From Trichosphaerium sp. ATCC 40318 (lineage: Eukaryota > Protista > Tubulinea): a DNA stretch of 64,000 nucleotides. Both the position numbers and the translations under genes were made by a program. The DNA is taken from NCBI GenBank assembly GCA_038496445.1, contig JALMLS010000360.1, forward strand, positions 1 through 64,000, read 5' to 3'. This document shows, one piece after another, positions 39,300 through 50,197 of this stretch. The notes beneath the pieces are model-generated. The model saw only the letters and a list, made by a program, of their open reading frames with translations, searched no databases and had not been told where the DNA came from. The number at the start of each line of letters is the position of its first letter. Position 1 is the stretch's first letter.

Positions 39300-42200
39300 T
39301 TAATTCTTCCCAGTTTCAAGACGAGCTATTTTATCCAGTACTTCAGCAAGCCTTGCTTGTAAGTTATTGTTGGTTTCTTGTAACTCAGCAATGTATTTTT
39401 TCTGATTTGCAATACTATGGGATAAGTTTCTGTTGGCTTGCTCCAGATCCTCATTACTTGGTTTTTGTTCGGCATTGAGATTATTGTTTGACTCTTCTTC
39501 ATCAGGCTCTACATGAGAAGCCCATAGTTTTCTTGTATTGCCAATTAGCAAAAAGAATAGAAGTGTAATTCTTACCGGCTACTAATGAAGTTGTCGTCAT
39601 CAGAATTGTATACGTCATCTGAGTCATCTGAATTATTACCAGACACAACCTGTTCATTTGGTTTATTTATGTTTATATTCTTCTTCATGGCTCTATCGCT
39701 TTTCTTTGGCTCGATGTCTTTCCTTTTCGGTACCACTTTGATGATGTAACGAGCAATGGTTTGATTATCTGAACTCATCATAAGTAAGAACTAAATAAAT
39801 ACCATTTGTTTCTTGATTGTACCTTGTGCAACAACAAGCTCATCGTACACTGCTGTTTTTAGTTTCCCTTCTTTCAGAGGTTTACCTGAGTGGTCTACCA
39901 ACGCGTAATGGCTTTGGTATCCTGGCTTTATTGGGTTCCCTCTTAAGACGTCATTTGAATGGACCTTAAGATAAAAAAGTTAACGTGGCTATATATGTTG
40001 ATTACTTACAGGATATGTATTGCCAGGCGTGACAAAACTTAGGATAAGGGTATTTTCTCCTTTTCCTGAGGCATCATATGAACAAGCGTATTTGATACTC
40101 CTCTGATATTCAAAGAAAAATGTGAGCACGTGCATAATTTAAACGGTTTTGTTTAGCGTACAGTGAAGTAAATGCCTTGACCATAGTAACCAGCATCCAA
40201 AGAGCTCACAGTCCCAAAACCAGCTGCTACAATACTGTACGCAGCTTCTTCACTAGCTCCATGTACCATCAATATCACTGGTAACTAAAAACAAGATTGT
40301 AAGCACGATTTGAGCAGGACTACTTACATCTACTGCTGAAGCGTCATCAGCATCAGTTGATCCATTTTGTGGAGCGAGTGCCTCATACTTTTGGTAAACA
40401 GCATCTCTGTAATCCTTATTAATATTATCTTCCTTCCATTCCTGCTTTTTAAACAAGTTTGGTAGATCCCTTTAAATAGAGGTTAGAATTACAAGGGCAA
40501 TCAATACCATAATTTGTTCTTTTGGATATCGTACTGATGTCTGTATTTCAATAGTTTGTTGGCTCTTCCAAAGGTTTCAGTCAAGATATCGTTACAAACT
40601 AGAGTTGCTTCTACAAGATTGTATTTGTTGAAACCATGCATTGTTGACAATTCTTGTTTTAGGATGTTTAATTCTCTTACAGCTACTTTATCATTTGTAT
40701 CAAGAAGGTTCAGTGTTCTGTAATGAGTCGCATTTGATACAAACCCACTTAAAAAAAAATTACATAGTTAAAAATAAATACAACAATATTGAACGCACGT
40801 GACTTTAGATCTGTCCCAATTGTATGAGTAATTCAGTCGTGGATTTATATCCCATCTGCGTTTGCTTTTTAATCCTTACAGTTTGTTGTAAACAAAACTA
40901 GGTACAAAACACTAACTTCCTACCTGTAGTGCATTTGGTAGCTTCTAAATCGTCATATTGCTCTGAATTATCACCCCACATGTCTTTAGGAAGGTCGTAA
41001 AGAATACCTTTCATTAATTCTCCGTCCCCTTTCCAAAAATCCTGAGGAGAAAAAAAAAACAAGTGTTAGGAAGATATTGTTGAATGATTTTCTGGTTTGT
41101 GTGTTATTATCAGGTAACGTACTTGCGAAAATGCAAGCTTGGGATCACATATTGTACAAATTAAATGACAAATACCTTTTACCATTGCCAGTTCAAAATA
41201 AGAACGTGTTGGCTGGGCATGTATTAGTAGGTACTGTATATTCTTAGCATACCAATTGTTGCAGCCATGCATTAATATCTGCCGCTGTTAACTCTCCATC
41301 TCTGCTTGATTTATGTTTGCTTTTGAAGTATGAACAAGAGAGCCATAGATCACGTGATTGTTGAAAATATGGTAGGAGTTTTAAAACATTAATGAACAAC
41401 TCAACAGACCCAGATTCTTGTAAGTGAATCATGTTGATTAACAGTACTCGAAAAAAGTCTTGCCAAAGTTTTGTAGACGGCAAAATGCCGCCAGTTTCTT
41501 TTAGTAAAGTGAAGAATAATGAAGTCATTATTCCTGAATCTAAACACAAAATAAGTCCTCGGTCAATTTACAAACAAGTGACAAACACACCATGATTAAG
41601 AGTTTCTTCATCAAAGCTGATAGGTGCAATATTCGCCATTGCTTTGAGTAGCATCACAACTGCATTCAAGCCCGCATGCGCTGTAGAAAGAAGTGAGTTA
41701 CAGTCTATATTAATATCTTGTTACATCACCTGCATAAAGTAGAGGTGTCTCTCCTTTATTATTAGCTATGTCAATAGTGGCGTTTGCTTTTATTAACATA
41801 GACACAACTTTATTGTTATATTCTTTAACTACAGCAATGTTAGTTCTTGTAGACTATTTACGACTGTCACATTACCTGCATGAAATAAAGCTGTATTTCC
41901 GTCATTATCAGCTGCGTCAACGTTTGCATTTCCTGCGATCAAGATTGACATCACCTCACAACTACTCCTAAGACTTAAACGTGCTAAAAATAAAGTGAGT
42001 TTCAAAAAAAAGTTTTGTCTATCGTGTGATACAAAGGTACCTGCATAGATCAAAGGAGTCTCTCCCTCGTTGTTGGTGGCATCAATATTGGCATTTGCTT
42101 TTACCAGCATTGATAAAACTTTAAGGTGAGAATAGAGGACTAAAGGAAAATATCAGTATCAGCCGCTAGTTTTTATTCTGTTGTGCCACCTGCTGTATGT

Positions 42201-44185
42201 AAAGCTGTATTTCCTTCTTTATCCTTTGCGTCGATATTTGCATTCGCTTGAATTAACATTGAAACCCTTTCTTTATATCCCTGTTGTACTACAGGCAACA
42301 TAAGTTAACCGAAATTAATTGGATAAGAACTTGACATGTTACCTGATAGAATTAAGGGCGTATTTCCATATGAATCAACAACTTCAGTATTTGCTTTTGC
42401 TGCTAGCAACATTGAAATGTCAAAAACATCTTCACTATACTGCACTTAAAGGAAACGTGAGTTAGAATTTATGTGGGTTAAGCACAGTTACCTGCAAAAT
42501 ATAAAGCTGTTTCACCTTGTTTTGTGGCAGCGTTTACGTTTGCTTTTGCTTCAATTAACATTGCCACAGCTTCTGAGTTTTTATTACTTGCTTTATTGTA
42601 GGGTGAGTGACAGCTGTTGTACAGACTGTTGTGGTATTACCTGCGTAAAGTAAAGCTGTGTTTCCGTATTTATCAACTCCAATTTCGGTGTTTGCGCCTG
42701 CTCCGATTAGCATTGAAATGACTTTGTTGTTACTACATTCCACTATAGGTTGTCAATCAATTGTTTTGAATGGTATTTGAAGTGACGTTACCTGCATAAA
42801 GTAAAGCTGTCTTGCCATCTTTATCAACAACATCAACATTCGCTTTTACATTTAATAACAGTGAACAAATTTCAGTAAACTTATCACCGTTGTTCTCAGC
42901 TAAAGTAAAAAATGAGAACGTCATTTAGAATGTAGAATTTGAGGAATATTTGAGGAATATTTGAGGAATGTACGTGTACGGAATTACTACTCTACGCCCA
43001 ACCACAAAGTATAAAAAGGTAAGGTTTTTTCTCGCTATACGCTGTAATGCTAGTTTTGTTGGTGGCTGTTGGTACTGTCGCGTGAGTGCAAAAGAAGATT
43101 TTTACTAATTAAATGCACTGAAGGATGCGAAAATACTATAGGTCTTTGTGTGACTTCATAAGAGCAAGCATTTTTTTTTACAAACAAATAAAATAAGTGT
43201 AAAATACTTTTTGTAGCACGTTACCTGCATAAAGTAAAGCTGTTTTGCCATATTTTTTATCAGCAACTTCTATATTTGCGTTTACTTTTATTAACACGGA
43301 AACAATACTGGTGTTACCGTATTGAGCTAAAAGAAAGTGTGACTTGTTTAAGTTAAGAAAAACTTGTGACTTTCACCTGCACAAAGTAAAGCTGTCTCTC
43401 CTCGTTTGTTAGTAGCATCAACATTGGCCTTTGCTGCAATCAACATTGACACAATTTCTACTGTACATGGTCTGCATCCGTACACTAAGGCAATTGAGCA
43501 AGCTGCAGTTATGACACAACAATATTACCTGTATTAAGTAAAACTGAGTTTTCGTCTTTATCAACAGCATTGACGTCAGCATCGGCTTTGATTAGTAAGG
43601 ATACAGTTTCTTTTTGTTCTAAATGGCGATGTGAGTTGCACATTGTATCTGTGATATTATTACCTGCATACATCAAAGCTGTCCATCCATCTTCATCAAC
43701 AGCATTAACATTTGCATTGGCTTTGATTAGTATTGATACAACTTCATTGTGTCCATTTTGTGCTAATCAATGATGAGTTAACGTTGTATCTCACCTGATA
43801 TGTTACCCGCCCACATCAAAGGTGTCAATTTGCGGTTATCAACAACATCAATATTTGCATTTGCGTTTAGTAATGCAGACACAATTAAACTGTATCCTTC
43901 TTTGGCTAACAAAATACAAAAAAATAAGTTTACTTATTCGCAATTACGTCACGTGTGACGCTGATATTACCTGCACAATGTAAAGCTGTTTCTCCAGTTT
44001 TAATATCAAGAGTATCAATATCACTATTCGAATCCGCCTTTAGTAAAGTTGACGAAACCATTTTAATATCCCCAGTACGCACTACAGTCAAGCCATGAGA
44101 AAGAATTAATGTATTTCCTGCTGTTACCTGCGTGGAGTAAATCTGTCGCATTATTTGGGTTTTCTTTGCCTGGTGTTTCCGCCAT
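39300..44185 (-). CDS. ANK-ART copy 2: ~15 single-exon ankyrin repeats + middle domain + PARP-like ART + short coiled coil
   Basis: ATG at 44185 (MAETPGKENPNNATDLLHA), then phase-1 ankyrin exons such as AQNGHNEVVSILIKANANVNAVDEDGWTALMYA separated by divergent introns. The ART exons read VILMVHGASEEAAYSIVAAGFGTVSSLDAGYYGQGIYFT / RSIKYACSY / ...GYQSHYALVD...AVYDELVVAQ, with the same intron positions as copy 1. Stop at 39300-39302. Confidence 0.85.
42938..42969 (+). repeat. Three copies of an 11-bp unit (TTTGAGGAATA) in the long intron of ANK-ART copy 2
   Basis: Read directly from the sequence. Confidence 0.8.
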
Positions 44186-44373
44186 AACGCGTTGTCACTA
44201 GCGTAGTTGTTTTAAAATTACACCGGAAAGTATGATGATTGTTAGTGTGTACGGTAAACAGTTTACCGTAACGCTGTTAATGGTTGGACGTAAGGATAAA
44301 TATGTTAATCTCGCGGAGAGTTAATACTTGTATTGATTTCTATTCGCGAAAAAAAATTAGCGTAAAAAAGGTA

Positions 44374-44381
44374 TCACGTGA
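44374..44381. promoter_or_regulatory. TCACGTGA E-box ~190 bp upstream of ANK-ART copy 2 (one of at least 9 in the window)
   Basis: The same palindrome occurs at 17267, 21325, 22789, 38961, 41350, 45539, 49031 and 62998. Confidence 0.45.
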
Positions 44382-44970
44382 TTTCTTCGTAGAAGTACGC
44401 ATTCCAACTTTTGAGTGATAATATCTGGAGTTTCTCATGTACTGCTAAAGCGGTGAGAAATAGAGTAGAGGTTCCACCATACTCCAGAGTGAGTGTGTTA
44501 ATACACGACAAGACGCTATCTAGCGTTAGGAAAACCACCGAAATGTTCGTAACGAAATAATAATATGATATATTTTGTTCGCAAGGAATTTCTACCGTAC
44601 TAGATCGATAGACGGCTTTTGGGAGGGAAGCCAAAGTTTACTCGGTAACCTACGCACTGCATGATGTGTACTGTTGCAAAACATGTAAGGAGAATCTGTT
44701 TATTACATAAAGGAAGCTCATTGTTTGCTTACATTCAAACAATAATGCTTTCTATTGGTAACATGACAAGTTCTGGATACACCCTGTGGATAGCACACAA
44801 GAACCTGCCAATGAAGTCCTTTAAGAATAGCGAGTTATCTATATAGAATTCTGGTAATAGTAAAATATTTAAAGCTAAAAAAGCCTTTTGATTGAAATGT
44901 CCTTGACACGACTCCATTAAGTAAGTAAAGGGCAAAGTATGGGTGTTCCATTAATTGTTAAGGAAGAAAC

Positions 44971-45561
44971 CTACTTAAAGGGCAATTTATTCATTTCAAA
45001 GACCTTTACACACTTTCCATTTCGATAGAACGAATGAATATCTATAACTCCATCAGGATACCACCTTCTATAATCTCCATCTGGCTCGCCATTGACACAT
45101 TCGAAAAACTCATTAACACTACCATTCGAATGCCATCTCTTAAACTCGCCTTCTCGTAAACCATTCTTGTAAGTACATTGACAAGACATGTTACCATTAC
45201 GATGCCAAGAAGTATATTCTCCATCCAATTTCCCATTTTTATAGGAACAACAAGTTTTCTTGGCAATAGCATGTTCTTTATTCCATAGTTTACCGTCTCT
45301 ATGCGTAACATACCATGTCTCATGCCTACCATGTAATACACCATTTTGAAAGCACGTGCGTGACTTTAAAACTCGATAATACGAGAATTTAAGGAAAACA
45401 CCATTCTTTTCTAGTATATAGTCATATCTTGATGTTGTTGCTGTTTGGTGGTTTAATAACGGCCATTTTAGGTATACTTCCGTGTCTAGTGAGATTATCA
45501 TGTGCTGAAGCTCTAAAGGTATTGCCAAAATGATACTTTCACGTGAGTTCTTTAGTCCCAT
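44971..45561 (-). CDS. Intronless protein with an F-box-like N-terminus and MORN-variant (YwqK-type) repeats
   Basis: IILAIPLELQHMII (F-box-like LPxE) followed by YKNGKLDGEYTSWHRNGNMSCQCTYKNGLREGEFKRWHSNG repeats. Single 196-aa ORF. Confidence 0.8.
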   Translation of the reverse strand: MGLKNSRESIILAIPLELQHMIISLDTEVYLKWPLLNHQTATTSRYDYILEKNGVFLKFSYYRVLKSRTCFQNGVLHGRHETWYVTHRDGKLWNKEHAIAKKTCCSYKNGKLDGEYTSWHRNGNMSCQCTYKNGLREGEFKRWHSNGSVNEFFECVNGEPDGDYRRWYPDGVIDIHSFYRNGKCVKVFEMNKLPFK

Positions 45562-45848
45562 TACAACTCAAATATTGCACATCCCAAGTCACTTAAACTA
45601 GCATCGGGCTTAAGATATTAAAGGTAATGAGTTTCCTTTCCATTGACATGGTAGCCGACACGAATGTGGTTCTCAGATATCATCTCGGTGCGTATTGTAA
45701 GTTTTTTTTACAGTTCTACGTTCAATAGCACATGAGATACTAATTCTATTTACAATTGCCCAAGATCTCAGTGTCAAGGATGAAAAACCCATGCAAAGTA
45801 ATCAATGTCTAATAAAGTGTTTATTCTGACAAGATTGTTTAATACTTT

Positions 45849-48800
45849 CTAGTTTCTTGGAATAGTGTATCCCTCTGGTTTTACAATAGCAACCCAATCT
45901 TGGGAGTTTGGTGCAGTAATCCTAGAGCTACTTACTCTTCTTGGAGCTCTGTATTGTCCAGTTCTTGGATCAAAGAATATTGCCTCCCATCTACCTGAAC
46001 CGAGCTCTGCTCCTACGTTCAAGGTACCACCTGTAGGTAATGATACCACGAAAAATCTAGAGTGCTTAAAGCAATAACCATTACCCAAGTTGCTTGCACA
46101 AGGTCTCATACTGACAAAAGGTATTCTAAACAAAGTTGAACTAAACTGTTACAATAATAAAGAATGCCTTACCGTTGCATAAAATCGATAGCATGTTTTG
46201 TCCAGCCCCAAACAGAGTTACGAGATCTGAAATCTTCTAAGTTGAGATCGTTATGAGCTTGTTGGTATCCAAAATACCATTCACAGCCGGCACCACCTAA
46301 AAGAAAGTCAAAGATATCTCCTTCCATTTCTTTGACTTCTTACCTTGTAAGAGCGATCCCCAAAGAACTTTTGTTCTAACTTCAATATGATTTGCGTTTG
46401 GTGGGTCAGGGCGGACACCAGTCTGGGCAGGTCCTATCTCATCAGAAGTGAGAATCCATTTAGGTCCTCTGCTTTCCTGCGAATGCTTGTTAGCGTGGAA
46501 GTATGGCGCCAATGGCATACTGTAGCTTGCCACCACTTTTTTACTTCGGCAGCAACATTATCTATCCTAGTTTGAATAGAAGCTCCAAGGAAGTTTGATT
46601 TACCAACAAGAGGGCGATAGACTTTCTCCTAAAGAAAAAAGAAAAATATGAGAACGATTTTAAAATTTCGAGAAAAAACCAAATAACTGCCGTCTAGACA
46701 TACGTGATCGGATCCGTATGTATGGACAACTATCAAGTGCTTATAAGCATCCAATCTATCGATATAATCTGTAAATTGAGAACGTTGAGAGTCAGTATTA
46801 GTGTTTTCTTCACCAAGATTCCACGTGATTGCAAGATGGTATCCAAAACGAGCAACAAGTTCTCTGTAGTATACTTTTCTTTGTCTTCCCAAAGCACCTC
46901 CATCAAGTTGTTGATCATTTTCAGTTTCCTGAGTAACAATATGGAGCATAACACCTGTTGCGGAAATGATAAGAACCACGGCAGGAGAGTAGTAGTAGAA
47001 ACATACCTTTAGTGTCCATATGCGTAAATACAACATCCCATTGCGCCAATTTACTCACATCAAACTTGAAACGTTCATTTTTGTTGATCCAAGGGTACAC
47101 ATCCTTACCTTTAGAAACAAGGTAAGTACTCACATCATTTCACAAAAAAGCATTATACCATCTCCCAAAGGAGCATTCATAGTCAAGAAATAGATAGAGT
47201 TCATTCCCTTTGAAGCAAGATAGTTCACAGCACCGATAATATTCTTTCCCTTGTTTCCTTTGAATACAGGATCTCCAGATCTCCAATCACGTGCGTGTGG
47301 ATTGTAACGATGAGTACTAGGCGTATTATCAAACTCATAGTATGCTAAGACCCAAGTTAGAAGAAGTTGAGACACGAACAACACAGAATATCGTACCCAA
47401 GAAGTTTTCGGGAGAATCAGCACCTCCCTTGATGAAGTAGTCTTTTGTTCTTGAGTATTGCATGTAGTGTTCGCCTACGTATTCTAGAATACCGTTGTTC
47501 CTACAACGCTGATGAGAAGGGATTATTCTCATTGTTAACAGTGCAACACTACCTCTTATCACCACCTATGCCACCAATATTGAACGTTCCAGAAGCACCA
47601 TTAAAAGAAGTTACTTGCCCAGCTGTAGATGAGAGCGACTTTGCTACGTCGTTACCAGTACGAAAAGAAGCTGTGACTGAGTAGGTTCCTAAAGAGGAAT
47701 CAACATGTGCCTTCTCTATAGCAAGAACCAGAGCGCACCTGTGAATGGAGGTGTAAAAATACAGCGCCATTTGTTGCCGGAAGTGGCTGAGGTTTCAGCA
47801 GCGTTACCATCAGCAGCAAAGAAACCAGGAATAGTCCACGAACCGCCACCACGTCTAAATACGCAATTAAGCCTGAAATTTGTGAAAGTGGCTGCGTCAG
47901 TCTCTCTTCTTTGTGGTCCAGTAAACGTTACCTAAAATAACAAATGAGACTAAGTGTAAGGGCAAGATGGGCTCTAATGTTCGTACATAGACTGGATGAA
48001 AGCGATGTCCATCTGTTATAATTGTAGGTGCAGTTCTCATTGGTCATGGGGGTGCAGGAGTGGATCCACCGTTTCTTGTAATTTCAAACCAGTTGAAGTT
48101 TAAGCTATTAACGTTGAACTTGATTCGAATGATATGTTTGCCAGCAGATACTGATCCAATATCAGCTCCGTATGTACGCCAAACTTGATGGCCTGTAAAG
48201 AAGTTGTAAGAACACTAGTTGTAATGTCAAGCAAAGAAAGCGTACCTCCAGTAGCAGTAAATGAGATTGTGGCTTTTTTGCTGCCGTCAATAAGAACGTC
48301 GAAAGACTTTCTTGCACTACCACTTGCTGCAACACGTGCGTTGATTCTAAATGAACCCGTCGATATAAAGTATTCGCCAGAAGTTACCCAACCAACATTA
48401 CAACCACCGCCAGAATCAGTGGTTCTTTGCAAGTCAACTCTGTTTGTACCACCTTGATCAGCTCCGCATGATTCACCGCCTTACAAAATTAATAAGTTAC
48501 AGGCTTGTTACAGTACCTGAATTGCCAGCGGAAGAATCCAAGAATCTGTTGAATTTTTCAGCTTGCGTTTTACCAGGTGCAGATCCAGCAACAGTATTGA
48601 CAACTAAAACACAGTAAGGTTTGCTAGTTGTTGAAAAGAAAAAAAAGAAGTAGAAATATTGTACTTTTAAAGTTTCTGTTAAACGTAGAAGACGCTCTTC
48701 CTGTTGCACCTGCTCCAGAGTGTGCTTTTACTGCAAGAGTATGGCTTCCGTATAAATTACTAGAAGGCCATTCGTTAGGGATAGGTCCATCGTCACCATG

Positions 48801-49115
48801 TAAATAGAAAGGGGCAATATTTTCTATTGCGTTTATGCTTCCATCAAGAAGAAAAGATACAGAAGCACCAGATGCTTCGGCTCTTACTGCAAGCTTTCTA
48901 CCATAGATAAAAGTGCTATAGATATCACCATTTTGGATAGTTTTAAGAGTATTGCCAGAACTAGCGGATACCAAGCGTAAATTGTTTACCGATTGTGTGT
49001 ACACCTAAAAATAAAAGTCACGTTTTGTTATCACGTGATAAAAAGAACTTTAAAAAAATGTCCAATGTACCTGTGCGCATATTGATAATGCGACAAGGAT
49101 CAGTATAAGCTTCAT
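45849..49115 (-). CDS. Secreted bacterial-type carbohydrate-active protein: signal peptide, Ig-like module, CBM6-like module, DUF5060 + TIM-barrel GH-like catalytic domain, C-terminal beta module; one in-frame TGA
   Basis: Signal peptide [18 protein letters not shown]6-like [18 protein letters not shown]...LNFNWFEI. Catalytic-region motifs [109 protein letters not shown] and FFDPRTG. Many short introns. TGA at 48044-48046. Confidence 0.78.
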
Positions 49116-49137
49116 GTTGGTGTTGCTTTCAGGGGGC

Positions 49138-49381
49138 TATAGTTTTTCCGAATTTTCCGAAAACAAAAATTCGAATTCGTAGAAAGATGCATAGCTAGGG
49201 CAGTCCACTAAACTAGAAAGCCTGGTTCACTTACGGTCGGGTCCTCGCTGTGCTCGGAACTAGAACCCGACCTTCGCTCACATATAGTGATCCATTGGTG
49301 GGTATAGGCATTCGGTTTTTGTATCGAATTCTATTTTTTCGAATTTTTTCTTTCGAAAAATTCGGAAAAAACGTGGGTCCG
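49138..49381 (+). mobile_element. ~245-bp MITE-like repeat, copy A
   Basis: Imperfect terminal inverted TTTTTCCGAATTTTCCGAAA / TTTCGAAAAATTCGGAAAAA arrays and an internal GGTCGGGT...ACCCGACC stem. A near-identical inverted copy lies at 59830-60087. Confidence 0.85.
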
Positions 49382-50197
49382 GCTTTCAGCTGTTGATGTT
49401 TTGCTTGTGTTGAGCTTATGAAAATGATTTAAACATAGTTCACAATTAAGCACAAATATGGCGAACAAATACTGTTGGCTTTTAAACTGTGTTCTGGTAT
49501 TCGGGGAAGATAGCGCCATGGTTATAAAGTATATTGACGGAGATATAAAGCAAAAAGTGCTGGGTTGTTGTGCAAAAACTAATCCGATATTTTAATCCTC
49601 CTTTTTGCCAGTGTACTAACAATGTAGGTGCTTGTATTCGTTTACTAGTGTACTAGCGGTGAGATAGCGGGTAAAACTAAGTTGTGCACAATGAGTTTTA
49701 TTTTAGATTTCTGACAACAAGTTTTGCCAAAGGAGTTTTACAATGCTCTAAAGCCAAAAAAGTAAACAAGCTTTATGTGATTTGTACTTCTCAGGGCCTA
49801 CCTTATTCGGTTACAACTAAACACTGTACCCCTTGAGTACGATTACACGAGACCCAAGCAAAAGTCCTTGGCGCTAAGTACTAACGAAGAAATATATGAA
49901 GAAATAAAAATTCGCCAACAATTAACATCGTGCTCGGGATAAATTGCCCGAGTATTGTCGCAAACCATTAGCTGGAGTATTTTTGTAATTGTTAACATTA
50001 GATCTAAAACAGTAGTCGCTCGTAAAAGCATTTACTTAGCAAGGCACACATAGCACGTGATTGCAAAAATCGGTTTAAACTGCTTTTTCTTTAAGAACAC
50101 AGAGCGTCCTGTAGCTAGTGGTCAATGTGAGCACGTGCTGGTAAACGTTTCTTTTTCGCTAGCGGATTAAAAACCCAAATATTGTACCTTGGCGTGT

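Noticed and set aside
49200-49300. tRNA or other structured RNA gene inside the MITE-like repeat
   Set aside because: There is only one stem-loop and a loose B-box resemblance; no cloverleaf can be drawn.
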